NCBI GenBank assembly: GCA_024762335.1 | Contig: JANTHO010000007.1 | Coordinates: 383 to 64,382 of the forward strand | Direction: 5' to 3' | Length of the DNA: 64,000 nt | From: Acidimicrobiia bacterium | GTDB lineage: Bacteria; Actinomycetota; Acidimicrobiia; Spongiisociales; UBA5794 | Part shown: positions 47,454-54,957 of the stretch, in pieces | Layout: each line of letters starts with the position of its first letter | How positions within the stretch are numbered: the stretch's first letter is position 1 | The notes under the pieces: model-generated | Databases searched by the model: none | Seen by the model: the letters and a program-made list of their open reading frames with translations, nothing else | Told to the model about the DNA's origin: nothing | Program-made: the position numbers and the translations under genes

Positions 47454-48482
47454 CTAGACCATGTCCACGGCGCTGATGGCCCATGCGACGCCGTCCTCCG
47501 GATCCTCGACGGCCAGGTGCAGGGCCCATCCCCCGACGGCGTCCCCGGGATCCCACAGCATCCACCGCAGCTCGTTCGTCTCGACGAGTGCTCCCGGGTC
47601 GTCCGGCATCTCATCGAAGCCGAGGACCGCGGCGAGGACCCACCAGGCGAGCGTCCGGCCGATCGGCGTTCCCCTCCTGCTGCCGAACGCTCCGCCGCTC
47701 GCACCCGCCCACACCATGGCGGAGAGGGCTTCGGCTGCGGTCACGTCCGCCACACGAGCCCGGTGGGGACCGAGCGCGCGAATGGCGCTGTGGGCGTCAC
47801 CCCACACCTGGACCACGTCGGCGTGCCCGCTCGACTCGTCCCACCATGGTCGCACGAGCGCCATCAGGGCTTCACCGGGCCCGTCGTCATCCGTCGTCTC
47901 GCCGGGCTGCGGGAGGTCGATCCATTCGAGCGGCGTGCGCTCCCCCTCCGGGAAGTCGACGCCGTCGGATCGGTAGACGGCCGTCGTGTAGCGCGGCTCC
48001 CACGGTTGGAGCGTCGGAGGAATCTCGAGGATGTGTGCGTCGATCGAGTCGGGGTCCACGGTGTCGCCGCGAATGGCTCGTTCGTGGGCAATCATCGCTC
48101 GCAGCGACGGGATTGCGACGAGCGGCTCCAGCTCTGCCCATGTGTGCCGGGACGCCGCGACCTCCCAGAGCGGACCGGAACCGTACCGGCCCTTCCCGTG
48201 GCCGAGGACGGCCGCGGCCTGTTCCGCCGGGGCGTCGAGCGCCAGCCGGTACTCGGCGTACTCTGCGGGACCCCATACCTGCTTGCCGCGCTCGACGGCC
48301 TCCCGGCACCGGTCCCGTACCGCCTCGATCCCGGCCCAGTCCCGCGAGGTGACCAGACCATCGACGAACCGGACGAGTCCGTCTAGATCGCTCGATTCGA
48401 TCAGCGTGGTGAGCGCATCGTTTTTCACACGACAGACGTTAGGCCATCGCACGCTCTGCACCGTCGCTCGTGGACCTCTCAT
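47454..48482 (-). CDS. Conserved-looking hypothetical cytoplasmic protein
   Basis: 342-aa ORF with coding-like composition and no motif recognised. A possible later GTG start is at 48428. It lies directly upstream of the LCP gene on the same strand. Confidence 0.55.
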   Translation of the reverse strand: MRGPRATVQSVRWPNVCRVKNDALTTLIESSDLDGLVRFVDGLVTSRDWAGIEAVRDRCREAVERGKQVWGPAEYAEYRLALDAPAEQAAAVLGHGKGRYGSGPLWEVAASRHTWAELEPLVAIPSLRAMIAHERAIRGDTVDPDSIDAHILEIPPTLQPWEPRYTTAVYRSDGVDFPEGERTPLEWIDLPQPGETTDDDGPGEALMALVRPWWDESSGHADVVQVWGDAHSAIRALGPHRARVADVTAAEALSAMVWAGASGGAFGSRRGTPIGRTLAWWVLAAVLGFDEMPDDPGALVETNELRWMLWDPGDAVGGWALHLAVEDPEDGVAWAISAVDMV

Positions 48483-48563
48483 TGCGGCCGCTCGCGCCGG
48501 TGCAGCAGAGCGTGATGAAGAACGAGTCGCCCTAACCTGGCCTCATCCTTCAGAAAGGCGCTC

Positions 48564-49655
48564 GTGGGCATTCGCTGCGGCATCGTCGGTCTCCCAAACG
48601 TCGGAAAGTCGACGCTGTTCAACGCACTGACGCGCGGCGAGATCCAGGCCGAGAACTATCCGTTCTGCACGATCGAACCGAACCTCGGAGTGGCTCTCGT
48701 GCCGGACGAACGGCTTGCCAAGATCGCCGACATCGTCCACCCGGAAGCCATCGTCCCGACCGTCGTCGAGTTCGTCGACATCGCCGGCCTCGTGGCTGGG
48801 GCATCCCAGGGCGAGGGACTCGGCAACCAGTTCCTCCATCACATCCGCGAGACCGACGCCATCGCCCAGGTAGTGCGGTGCTTCGACGATCCGAACGTGG
48901 TTCACGTCGCAGGGGAGATCGACCCCGTCTCGGACCTGGAGACGATCGATACGGAGCTCGCCCTCGCCGACCTCGAGGGGGTCGCCCGGGCAATCGACAA
49001 GGCCGAGCGTAAAGCCAGGGCCGGGGAGAAGGAAGCCGCAGCGGCCCTCGCCGTCTACGAACGCCTCCAGGCCCACCTGTCGGACGGACGTCCGGTCCGC
49101 TCGATGGAGATCTCAGAGGCTGAACGACCCATCGTTCGGGATCTCTTCCTGCTGACGGCAAAGCCGGCGATGTACATCGCCAACGTTTCTGAGGATGGCC
49201 TCGGTGAGAATCCGTACGTCGATGCGGTCCGGCAATACGCCGCACACGAAGGCGCCGACGTGGTCGTCATCTCCGGGAACCTGGAGGCCGAACTCGCGCT
49301 CCTCGATGACGCCGATCATGATGAGATGCTCGCCGAATACGGCCTGACGGAACCCGGGTTGAACAAGGTCATCCGCGCCGCATATCACCTCCTCGGCCTC
49401 CGAACGTTCTTCACCGCGGGCCCGAAAGAGGCACGGGCGTGGACCGTCCGGCAGGGCGCAACCGCGCCGCAGGCTGCCGGAGAGATCCACACCGACTTCG
49501 AGAAGGGGTTCATCCGGGCCGAAGTGATCGCCTACGACGACTTCATCGCCCACAACGGCGAACAGGGAGCGAAAGACGCCGGCAAGTGGCGTCTGGAAGG
49601 TCGCGACTACATCGTGCAAGAAGGCGACGTGATCTTCTTCCGCTTCAACCTCTAA
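48564..49655 (+). CDS. ychF: Ribosome-binding ATPase YchF
   Basis: Shows GIVGLPNVGKSTLFNALT, DIAGLV and a C-terminal TGS-like segment ending GDVIFFRFNL. Length 363 aa. Confidence 0.95.
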   Translation: MGIRCGIVGLPNVGKSTLFNALTRGEIQAENYPFCTIEPNLGVALVPDERLAKIADIVHPEAIVPTVVEFVDIAGLVAGASQGEGLGNQFLHHIRETDAIAQVVRCFDDPNVVHVAGEIDPVSDLETIDTELALADLEGVARAIDKAERKARAGEKEAAAALAVYERLQAHLSDGRPVRSMEISEAERPIVRDLFLLTAKPAMYIANVSEDGLGENPYVDAVRQYAAHEGADVVVISGNLEAELALLDDADHDEMLAEYGLTEPGLNKVIRAAYHLLGLRTFFTAGPKEARAWTVRQGATAPQAAGEIHTDFEKGFIRAEVIAYDDFIAHNGEQGAKDAGKWRLEGRDYIVQEGDVIFFRFNL

Positions 49656-49776
49656 CGACACGAACCCAGGGTTCTCTGCTTTGTATATGACGTTGCGAGC
49701 CCGCGGTTCGCAGGGCCCTTCCATTCCGCGGGCCCGGGACGCCAAATAGGGCGCAGAGAACCCTGGGTTCGTGTCG
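49656..49776. repeat. 121-bp inverted pair of family A repeat units with perfect 24-bp terminal inverted repeats (MITE/REP-like)
   Basis: It starts at the nucleotide after the ychF TAA. The left terminus CGACACGAACCCAGGGTTCTCTGC (49656..49679) is the exact reverse complement of 49753..49776. Confidence 0.92.
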
Positions 49777-49797
49777 GGGTGGGGTAGCCTTGGCGGC

Positions 49798-50577
49798 ATG
49801 GTTGGGACGTTGTGGAGAGTCGTGAAGGGCCCGCTCGCCGTCGGAGGCGTGCTCGGCGCCCAGCTGGTCCAGGCCATCCAACGCCCCGATCTCGAGAGCC
49901 TCACGGATCAACATCCATCCGGCGTGTTCGGCGATCCCTCGCTCCCTCCACTGAAGATCGTCGTCCTCGGTGACAGCACCGTGACGTGTCCAGGAGTCGA
50001 GCCGCTCGACGCCTGCTGGACCAGGCGGACGGCGCTGGCGTTCTCGGATAGGTATCACGTCGAACTCGTTTCGGTGGCCGTCGGTGGTGCGAAGATCGCC
50101 GACGTGCGTGGCGAACAGATGCACCGCGCCATCCTCACCGGCGGGGATCTCGCGATCGTATGCGTCGGTGGAAACGATGCTCTGCGCGGAACGCCGGTCG
50201 ATCGATTCGAGAGGGCCTACGACCACGTTCTTCGCACCTTGACCACCACATTCGACGCTGTCGCTGTGTGCGGCGTGGGCGATCTGGGAACGATCCCCCG
50301 TCTCCCCGCTTTGGTTCGCGGCGTCGCACGCGTCCGCTCCCGGTCGATCGACCACGCCATCGGCCGCGTTGCCTCCCGGCACGGTGTTCCGAAATCCCGC
50401 GCCTGGGGTCCGGAGTACGCCGCGTTCGAGACCGACCCGCAGGTATGGGCCGGAGATCTCTTCCACGCATCGGCGGCCGGACATGCCATCTACGCCGACG
50501 CAGCGATCCCCCTCGTCGAAGAAGCCCTCAGATGGTCGGGCTTCGCTCCGCGAGGAAGTGACGAATCATCGACGTGA
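49798..50577 (+). CDS. SGNH/GDSL family hydrolase
   Basis: The ATG at 49798 is preferred, because the listed GTG at 49771 lies inside the repeat. The motif blocks are VVLGDST, GGAK, VGGNDA and DLFHAS (DxxH). Confidence 0.8.
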   Translation: MVGTLWRVVKGPLAVGGVLGAQLVQAIQRPDLESLTDQHPSGVFGDPSLPPLKIVVLGDSTVTCPGVEPLDACWTRRTALAFSDRYHVELVSVAVGGAKIADVRGEQMHRAILTGGDLAIVCVGGNDALRGTPVDRFERAYDHVLRTLTTTFDAVAVCGVGDLGTIPRLPALVRGVARVRSRSIDHAIGRVASRHGVPKSRAWGPEYAAFETDPQVWAGDLFHASAAGHAIYADAAIPLVEEALRWSGFAPRGSDESST

Positions 50578-51220
50578 CGGTGCCGATCGCACCCGGGTTG
50601 TAACCCTCCGGAACGATGATGTCGGCATACCGCTTCGACGGTTCGACGAACTGCAGATGCATGGGACGCACCGTCTTCTCATACTGAGCGAGCACGGAAT
50701 CCACAGTACGGCCGCGCTCGACGATGTCCCTCGTGAGGCGTCGTATGAGCCTGAGGTCCGCATCGGTGTCGATGTAGACCCGCAGATCCATCAACTCGCG
50801 AAGCGACGGCTCGGCGAGGATCAGGATCCCCTCGACGAGGATCACCGACTCGGGCTCGACGTGCACCGTCTCGGCTGCACGCGTGTGGTTGGCGAAGTCG
50901 TATACCGGCCGATCGATGGCCCTGCCCTCGCGGAGCGCCATCAGGTGGCCGACCAGCAGCTCGTTCTCGAGTGAGTCCGGATGGTCGTAGTTGATCTTCG
51001 TCCGTTCCTCGTATGTCAGGTGCGCCTGATCGCGGTAGTAGGCGTCGTACGGCAGTCGGGCTACGACTCCGGTGCCGACGATGTCGACCACGCTCTGGGC
51101 GATGGTTGTCTTCCCCGAACCCGACCCGCCAGCGATGCCGATGATGAGCGGGTGTTCGGGATCTTCGCCGTGGGGCCACGATGCCGCGTGGCCGAAATGC
51201 TTTTCCAGGTCGAACGCCAT
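50528..51220 (-). CDS. udk: Uridine kinase
   Basis: Internal ATG at 51220 gives MAFDLEKHF.... Shows IIGIAGGSGSGKTT (P-loop), NYDHPDS and RLIRRLTRD. Length 230 aa. Confidence 0.9.
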   Translation of the reverse strand: MAFDLEKHFGHAASWPHGEDPEHPLIIGIAGGSGSGKTTIAQSVVDIVGTGVVARLPYDAYYRDQAHLTYEERTKINYDHPDSLENELLVGHLMALREGRAIDRPVYDFANHTRAAETVHVEPESVILVEGILILAEPSLRELMDLRVYIDTDADLRLIRRLTRDIVERGRTVDSVLAQYEKTVRPMHLQFVEPSKRYADIIVPEGYNPGAIGTVTSMIRHFLAERSPTI

Positions 51221-51374
51221 GGATTCCGAGTCTAGGTCTCTGTGACCCCCCGGTGCATCGCGGCTGAAGTCCCGACATGTGACCGACGGTGAAGCCCCCG
51301 CGTCATAGCCGGTCTGACGCGAGGCCCCCAGACCCCCAACATCGGCGTCACGAACCAACCCGGAACACCACACC

Positions 51375-51659
51375 ATGAGACACCGCACCCTGATCCTGAT
51401 CGTCGGCGCCTTCGCCGTCGTCGTTGCTGCCTGTTCCGCTGGGGCGTCCTCGGACACCGAGATTCGCCCCTTCACCGAGGTACAGGCATCGGAGGTCTCC
51501 TTCGAGAACGACCCGACGTTCACCGGCGGACATCCCGCGAATCCGGAGTTCAACGACGCATCCTTCGCGGGGCAGGTGCTCCGATTCGGCGTCGCGACGA
51601 GCACCGGGGGTAACACCGGCGCGATCGAGATCCGCGCATTCGCCCCCGGCTCGATGTAG
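51375..51659 (+). CDS. Putative small lipoprotein
   Basis: MRHRTLILIVGAFAVVVAAC carries a lipobox. Length 94 aa. Confidence 0.5.
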   Translation: MRHRTLILIVGAFAVVVAACSAGASSDTEIRPFTEVQASEVSFENDPTFTGGHPANPEFNDASFAGQVLRFGVATSTGGNTGAIEIRAFAPGSM

Positions 51660-51696
51660 CCAGGACCGAAAGCGGTCCCGACCCGTCGTCGACCGA

Positions 51697-52461
51697 TCAG
51701 CGAAGCGTGACGTCGCCGGACATCGTGCGGATCGACATCGTGGCGGAAAACGACGGCGCTTCCGCCGACGGCTCCACGAGATTCCGGAACTTGCCCGATC
51801 TCGTCCGGATGTCGGCATCAATCGCCATCCCCGGGGCGAGGCCGATGTCGAGGTCGCCGGACATCGTCCCGGCTTTGAACGACGAACCGGAGAATCGCCG
51901 GATCTTGATGTCACCACTGGTCGCGTTCACCTCGACCGATCCATCGACGGTCCCGACCGATGCGTCCCCGGACGCTGTGGCGATCGTCAAATCGCCTTCG
52001 GCCCGGTCGACCCGAACGTCGCCCGAGGAGGCGGCGAGCCGGGCATCCCCCGTCACCGCGCCGATGGCGATGTCGCCGCTCGCGGTCTTGACTCGAACGC
52101 GCCCGCTGCACGCCTCGATGTCGACATCCCCGGAAGCCGCCTTGATCTCAACGCTGGAGGTGGCGACGTTGAGACGGACATCACCCGAAGCCGTTCGACA
52201 GGTGAAAGCCGTCCCGGCCGGCACTGTCAGCCTGATCGTCGGCCCGCGGCGGAACAGGCGGCCGCCACCGCGACGCGAACCGATCGAGACCATGTCTCCC
52301 GCCTGCGTGACGTCGAACAGATCTACATCCCGCTCGGTCCCTTCGATCACGACGCGGATGGCGCCCGGGTCCCCTTCAACGGCGACGACATCGACGGATG
52401 GAGTCTCAACGACGACATGCGGCCGATTCCCAACAACGAACTCTCTCTCTGCCCGGTTCAC
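51697..52461 (-). CDS. DUF4097 family beta-strand-repeat protein (putative adhesin-like)
   Basis: The SGD[VI] strand repeat recurs at least 10 times (ASGDVRLNV, ASGDVDIEA, ASGDIAIGA...). The GTG start overlaps the upstream stop (GTGA). Confidence 0.8.
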   Translation of the reverse strand: MNRAEREFVVGNRPHVVVETPSVDVVAVEGDPGAIRVVIEGTERDVDLFDVTQAGDMVSIGSRRGGGRLFRRGPTIRLTVPAGTAFTCRTASGDVRLNVATSSVEIKAASGDVDIEACSGRVRVKTASGDIAIGAVTGDARLAASSGDVRVDRAEGDLTIATASGDASVGTVDGSVEVNATSGDIKIRRFSGSSFKAGTMSGDLDIGLAPGMAIDADIRTRSGKFRNLVEPSAEAPSFSATMSIRTMSGDVTLR

Positions 52462-52901
52462 GTCTCGATCCTTCCGGTGTATCGCCGTCCCGCAGTGCGC
52501 TCACGAGCTCTGCTCGCAAGCGTCTTGACGACGTACGTGTTCATCGAGTCTCCGGTCTCACCTGCCGCCTCCTCAATGATCGTCTTGAGATGGTCGGAGA
52601 GCCGGAGCGTGATGCGGGCCTCGAGTTCATCCGTGTCGATCGGCTCGGTGTCGGCGGCCGCACGGACCACCAAGATGGGAAGACCTCGGCGGAGTTCCAC
52701 CGTCACATGATGGCCGGGTAGTTGGGAGTCGGCCTCCTCAGCGGCCTGGGCGGCCAGCCGTCCAGCGGCCCGGTCGATCGCCGGTTCGAGGGCAATCATC
52801 AGCGCCTCGGCGGCTCCGGTCACCGCCGGATCGTCACCTGCGAGCCGGAGCTGCGCTTCGAGCGCCCCCTCGATCTCCGCCGCTACAACAGTGGGGTCCA
52901 T
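52458..52901 (-). CDS. Hypothetical protein with a C-terminal ribbon-helix-helix (CopG/Arc/HicB-like) segment
   Basis: ATG at 52901 (MDPTVVAAEIEG...). The C-terminal segment ARITLRLSDHLKTIIEEAAGETGDSMNTYVVKTLA resembles an RHH DNA-binding motif. The upstream part of the listed ORF looks non-coding. Confidence 0.55.
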   Translation of the reverse strand: MDPTVVAAEIEGALEAQLRLAGDDPAVTGAAEALMIALEPAIDRAAGRLAAQAAEEADSQLPGHHVTVELRRGLPILVVRAAADTEPIDTDELEARITLRLSDHLKTIIEEAAGETGDSMNTYVVKTLASRARERTAGRRYTGRIET

Positions 52902-53055
52902 GTTTTCCGCCCTCAGTTTTCGTTGCCCGCGCGGATGAGGCGCAACGCCGAACGGCGCCGTTCTTCTCCATCCCATCCGCAGGATGTTTCGATCATGACC
53001 TGTACGACTTCCGGGGTGTTGTACCACAGCATGGGCACTCCTCTCGTCGTCGCCC

Positions 53056-53095
53056 GACATCCGAACGACATCATTATGATGTCATATTGACATCA
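53056..53095. promoter_or_regulatory. AT-rich operator-like array of GACATCA half-sites, including a perfect 8-1-8 palindrome, overlapping TTGACA -35-like hexamers
   Basis: GACATCc is at 53056. GACATCATTATGATGTC (53067..53083) is a perfect palindrome. GACATCA is at 53089. TTGACA is at 53087..53092 on the plus strand and at 53104..53099 on the minus strand. Confidence 0.5.
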
Positions 53096-53148
53096 CTCTG
53101 TCAAGATCTTTCGATCGCCCCGGATCCGGCTCCGCTACACTGTCCTCG

Positions 53149-53258
53149 ACCACTCCGGGGAGTTCGGGAACGCCGAACTGAGAGGGCGGCCGATTCAGCA
53201 TCGCTGTGAACGCCGTTGACCCGCCGAACCTGATCTGGATCATGCCAGCGGAGGGAGC
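53149..53258 (+). promoter_or_regulatory. TPP (THI-box) riboswitch
   Basis: Contains the hallmark segments CTGAGAG (53179..53185) and GAACCTGATCTGGATCATGCCAGCGGAGGGA (53226..53256). The 3' strand GGAGGGAG doubles as the SD for the GTG at 53261. Confidence 0.85.
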
Positions 53259-53260
53259 GC

Positions 53261-53920
53261 GTGGAACGCTTTACCGGCCGAGCAATCATCCTCTCGGGCG
53301 GAGAACCGCTCGAGAGCATCAAGACCATCGAGGTGCCCGACCACGACTTCGTGATCGCCGCCGACAGCGGTCTGCGCCACGCACGCGTGCTGGGCCTAGA
53401 GGCCGACCTCATCATCGGTGATATGGACTCAGTGGAGCCTTCCAAACTCGCAGACGCGGCGGCGCGCGGATCCACGATCGAACGGTACCCGACGGACAAA
53501 GATCGGACCGATCTCGAACTGGCCGTTCACGCTGCGATCGATCGCGGGGCTCGCAACATCACGATCATCGGGGCCCACACGGGACGCCTCGACCATCTGC
53601 TCGGGGCCATTGGCCTCTTCGCTTCCATCGCCCCCAAACTCGACCACCTTGTCTGGGTAGACGGGATTACCGACGTCATGGCCTGCTCCCCGGATCGGAC
53701 GACCACCATCGCAGGAAGAGCGGGCGACCTGGTGTCCCTCCTTCCGACCGGATCCGACGTTCGCGGAGTCACAACGGGTGGCCTCCACTGGCAACTCGCC
53801 GACGAGACACTCCCCGCCGGATCGACCCGTGGCCTGAGCAACACGATCGAAACCCCGCCGGCGTGGGTGCGGGTCGACGATGGAACGCTCCTGGTCCTCC
53901 ATGAAAGGAAACTCCCATGA
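53261..53920 (+). CDS. thiN: Thiamine pyrophosphokinase
   Basis: Shows IIGDMDS, PTDKDRTDLELA and HTGRLDHLL. Length 219 aa. GTG start is immediately after the riboswitch. Confidence 0.85.
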   Translation: MERFTGRAIILSGGEPLESIKTIEVPDHDFVIAADSGLRHARVLGLEADLIIGDMDSVEPSKLADAAARGSTIERYPTDKDRTDLELAVHAAIDRGARNITIIGAHTGRLDHLLGAIGLFASIAPKLDHLVWVDGITDVMACSPDRTTTIAGRAGDLVSLLPTGSDVRGVTTGGLHWQLADETLPAGSTRGLSNTIETPPAWVRVDDGTLLVLHERKLP

Positions 53921-54957
53921 AACGAACCAGCCTCATCGCTGCAACTGTTCTCGTCGCCCTCATCGGCGCCTCGTGCAGCAGCGAACCGGAGGGACCGAGC
54001 GAGATCACCCTGATGACCCATGAGTCGTTCGCGGTCTCCGACGGCATCCTCGAACAGTTCACACAGGAGACGGGAATCGCCGTCACCGTGCTGCGCTCCG
54101 CCGACGCGGGAACGATGGTCAGCCAGGCGATCCTGACGAAAGACCATCCCGTTGCGGACGTGATGTACGGGATCGACAACACGTTCCTCAGCCGCGGACT
54201 CGACAACGCCCTCTTCCTGCCTCACACCGCAACGGACATCGGCAGTGTCCCCGATGGTCTCCGAGTCAACGGCGACCCGGTCACCCCGATCGACTTCGGC
54301 GACGTCTGCCTCAATACCGACCCGACGCGACTTGCGGCGGCCGGCATCGAGGCTCCGGCCACCCTCGCCGATCTCGCCGACCCGGCATACGCCGGTACCC
54401 TCGTCGTCGAGGATCCTTCGACGTCATCGCCGGGTCTCGCTTTCCTCCTCGCGTCGATCGCGACCTTCGGCGAAACGGGCGACTACCCGTGGCAGTCGTT
54501 CTGGGCCGACCTCGCGGCGAACGATCTGCGCATCGTCTCCGGATGGGACCAGGCTTACTACGGCGAGTTCTCCGGCGGATCGGGTGAGGGGCAGCGGCCG
54601 GTCGTGGTCTCGTATGCGACGTCGCCTGCAGCCGAGGTCTTCTTCGGCGACCTCGATGCACCGCCCACGGACATCGTCGACGACGGATGTTTCCGTCAAG
54701 TCGAATACGCCGGTGTGCTGGCGGGCACGCAGGCCGAGAAGGCCGCCGGTCAACTCGTCGACTACCTCCTGAGCCGCACCTTCCAGGAAGACATCCCGCT
54801 CAACATGTTCGTCTTCCCGGCGAACGACACAGCCTCGCTCCCCGACCTGTTCATCGACTACGTGCCGACACCAACGGCACCGGTCGTGATGGACCCGGCG
54901 ACGATCGGAGCGAACCGTGAGCGGTGGCTGGCGGAGTGGGCGTCCGTCGTGCGATGA
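53917..54957 (+). CDS. thiB: Thiamine ABC transporter substrate-binding lipoprotein (ThiB/TbpA-like)
   Basis: Lipobox is LIGASC. It is a family-1 SBP resembling the thiamine/iron-binding group. It sits in a TPP-riboswitch operon, and its ATG overlaps the thiN stop (ATGA). Confidence 0.8.
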   Translation: MKRTSLIAATVLVALIGASCSSEPEGPSEITLMTHESFAVSDGILEQFTQETGIAVTVLRSADAGTMVSQAILTKDHPVADVMYGIDNTFLSRGLDNALFLPHTATDIGSVPDGLRVNGDPVTPIDFGDVCLNTDPTRLAAAGIEAPATLADLADPAYAGTLVVEDPSTSSPGLAFLLASIATFGETGDYPWQSFWADLAANDLRIVSGWDQAYYGEFSGGSGEGQRPVVVSYATSPAAEVFFGDLDAPPTDIVDDGCFRQVEYAGVLAGTQAEKAAGQLVDYLLSRTFQEDIPLNMFVFPANDTASLPDLFIDYVPTPTAPVVMDPATIGANRERWLAEWASVVR

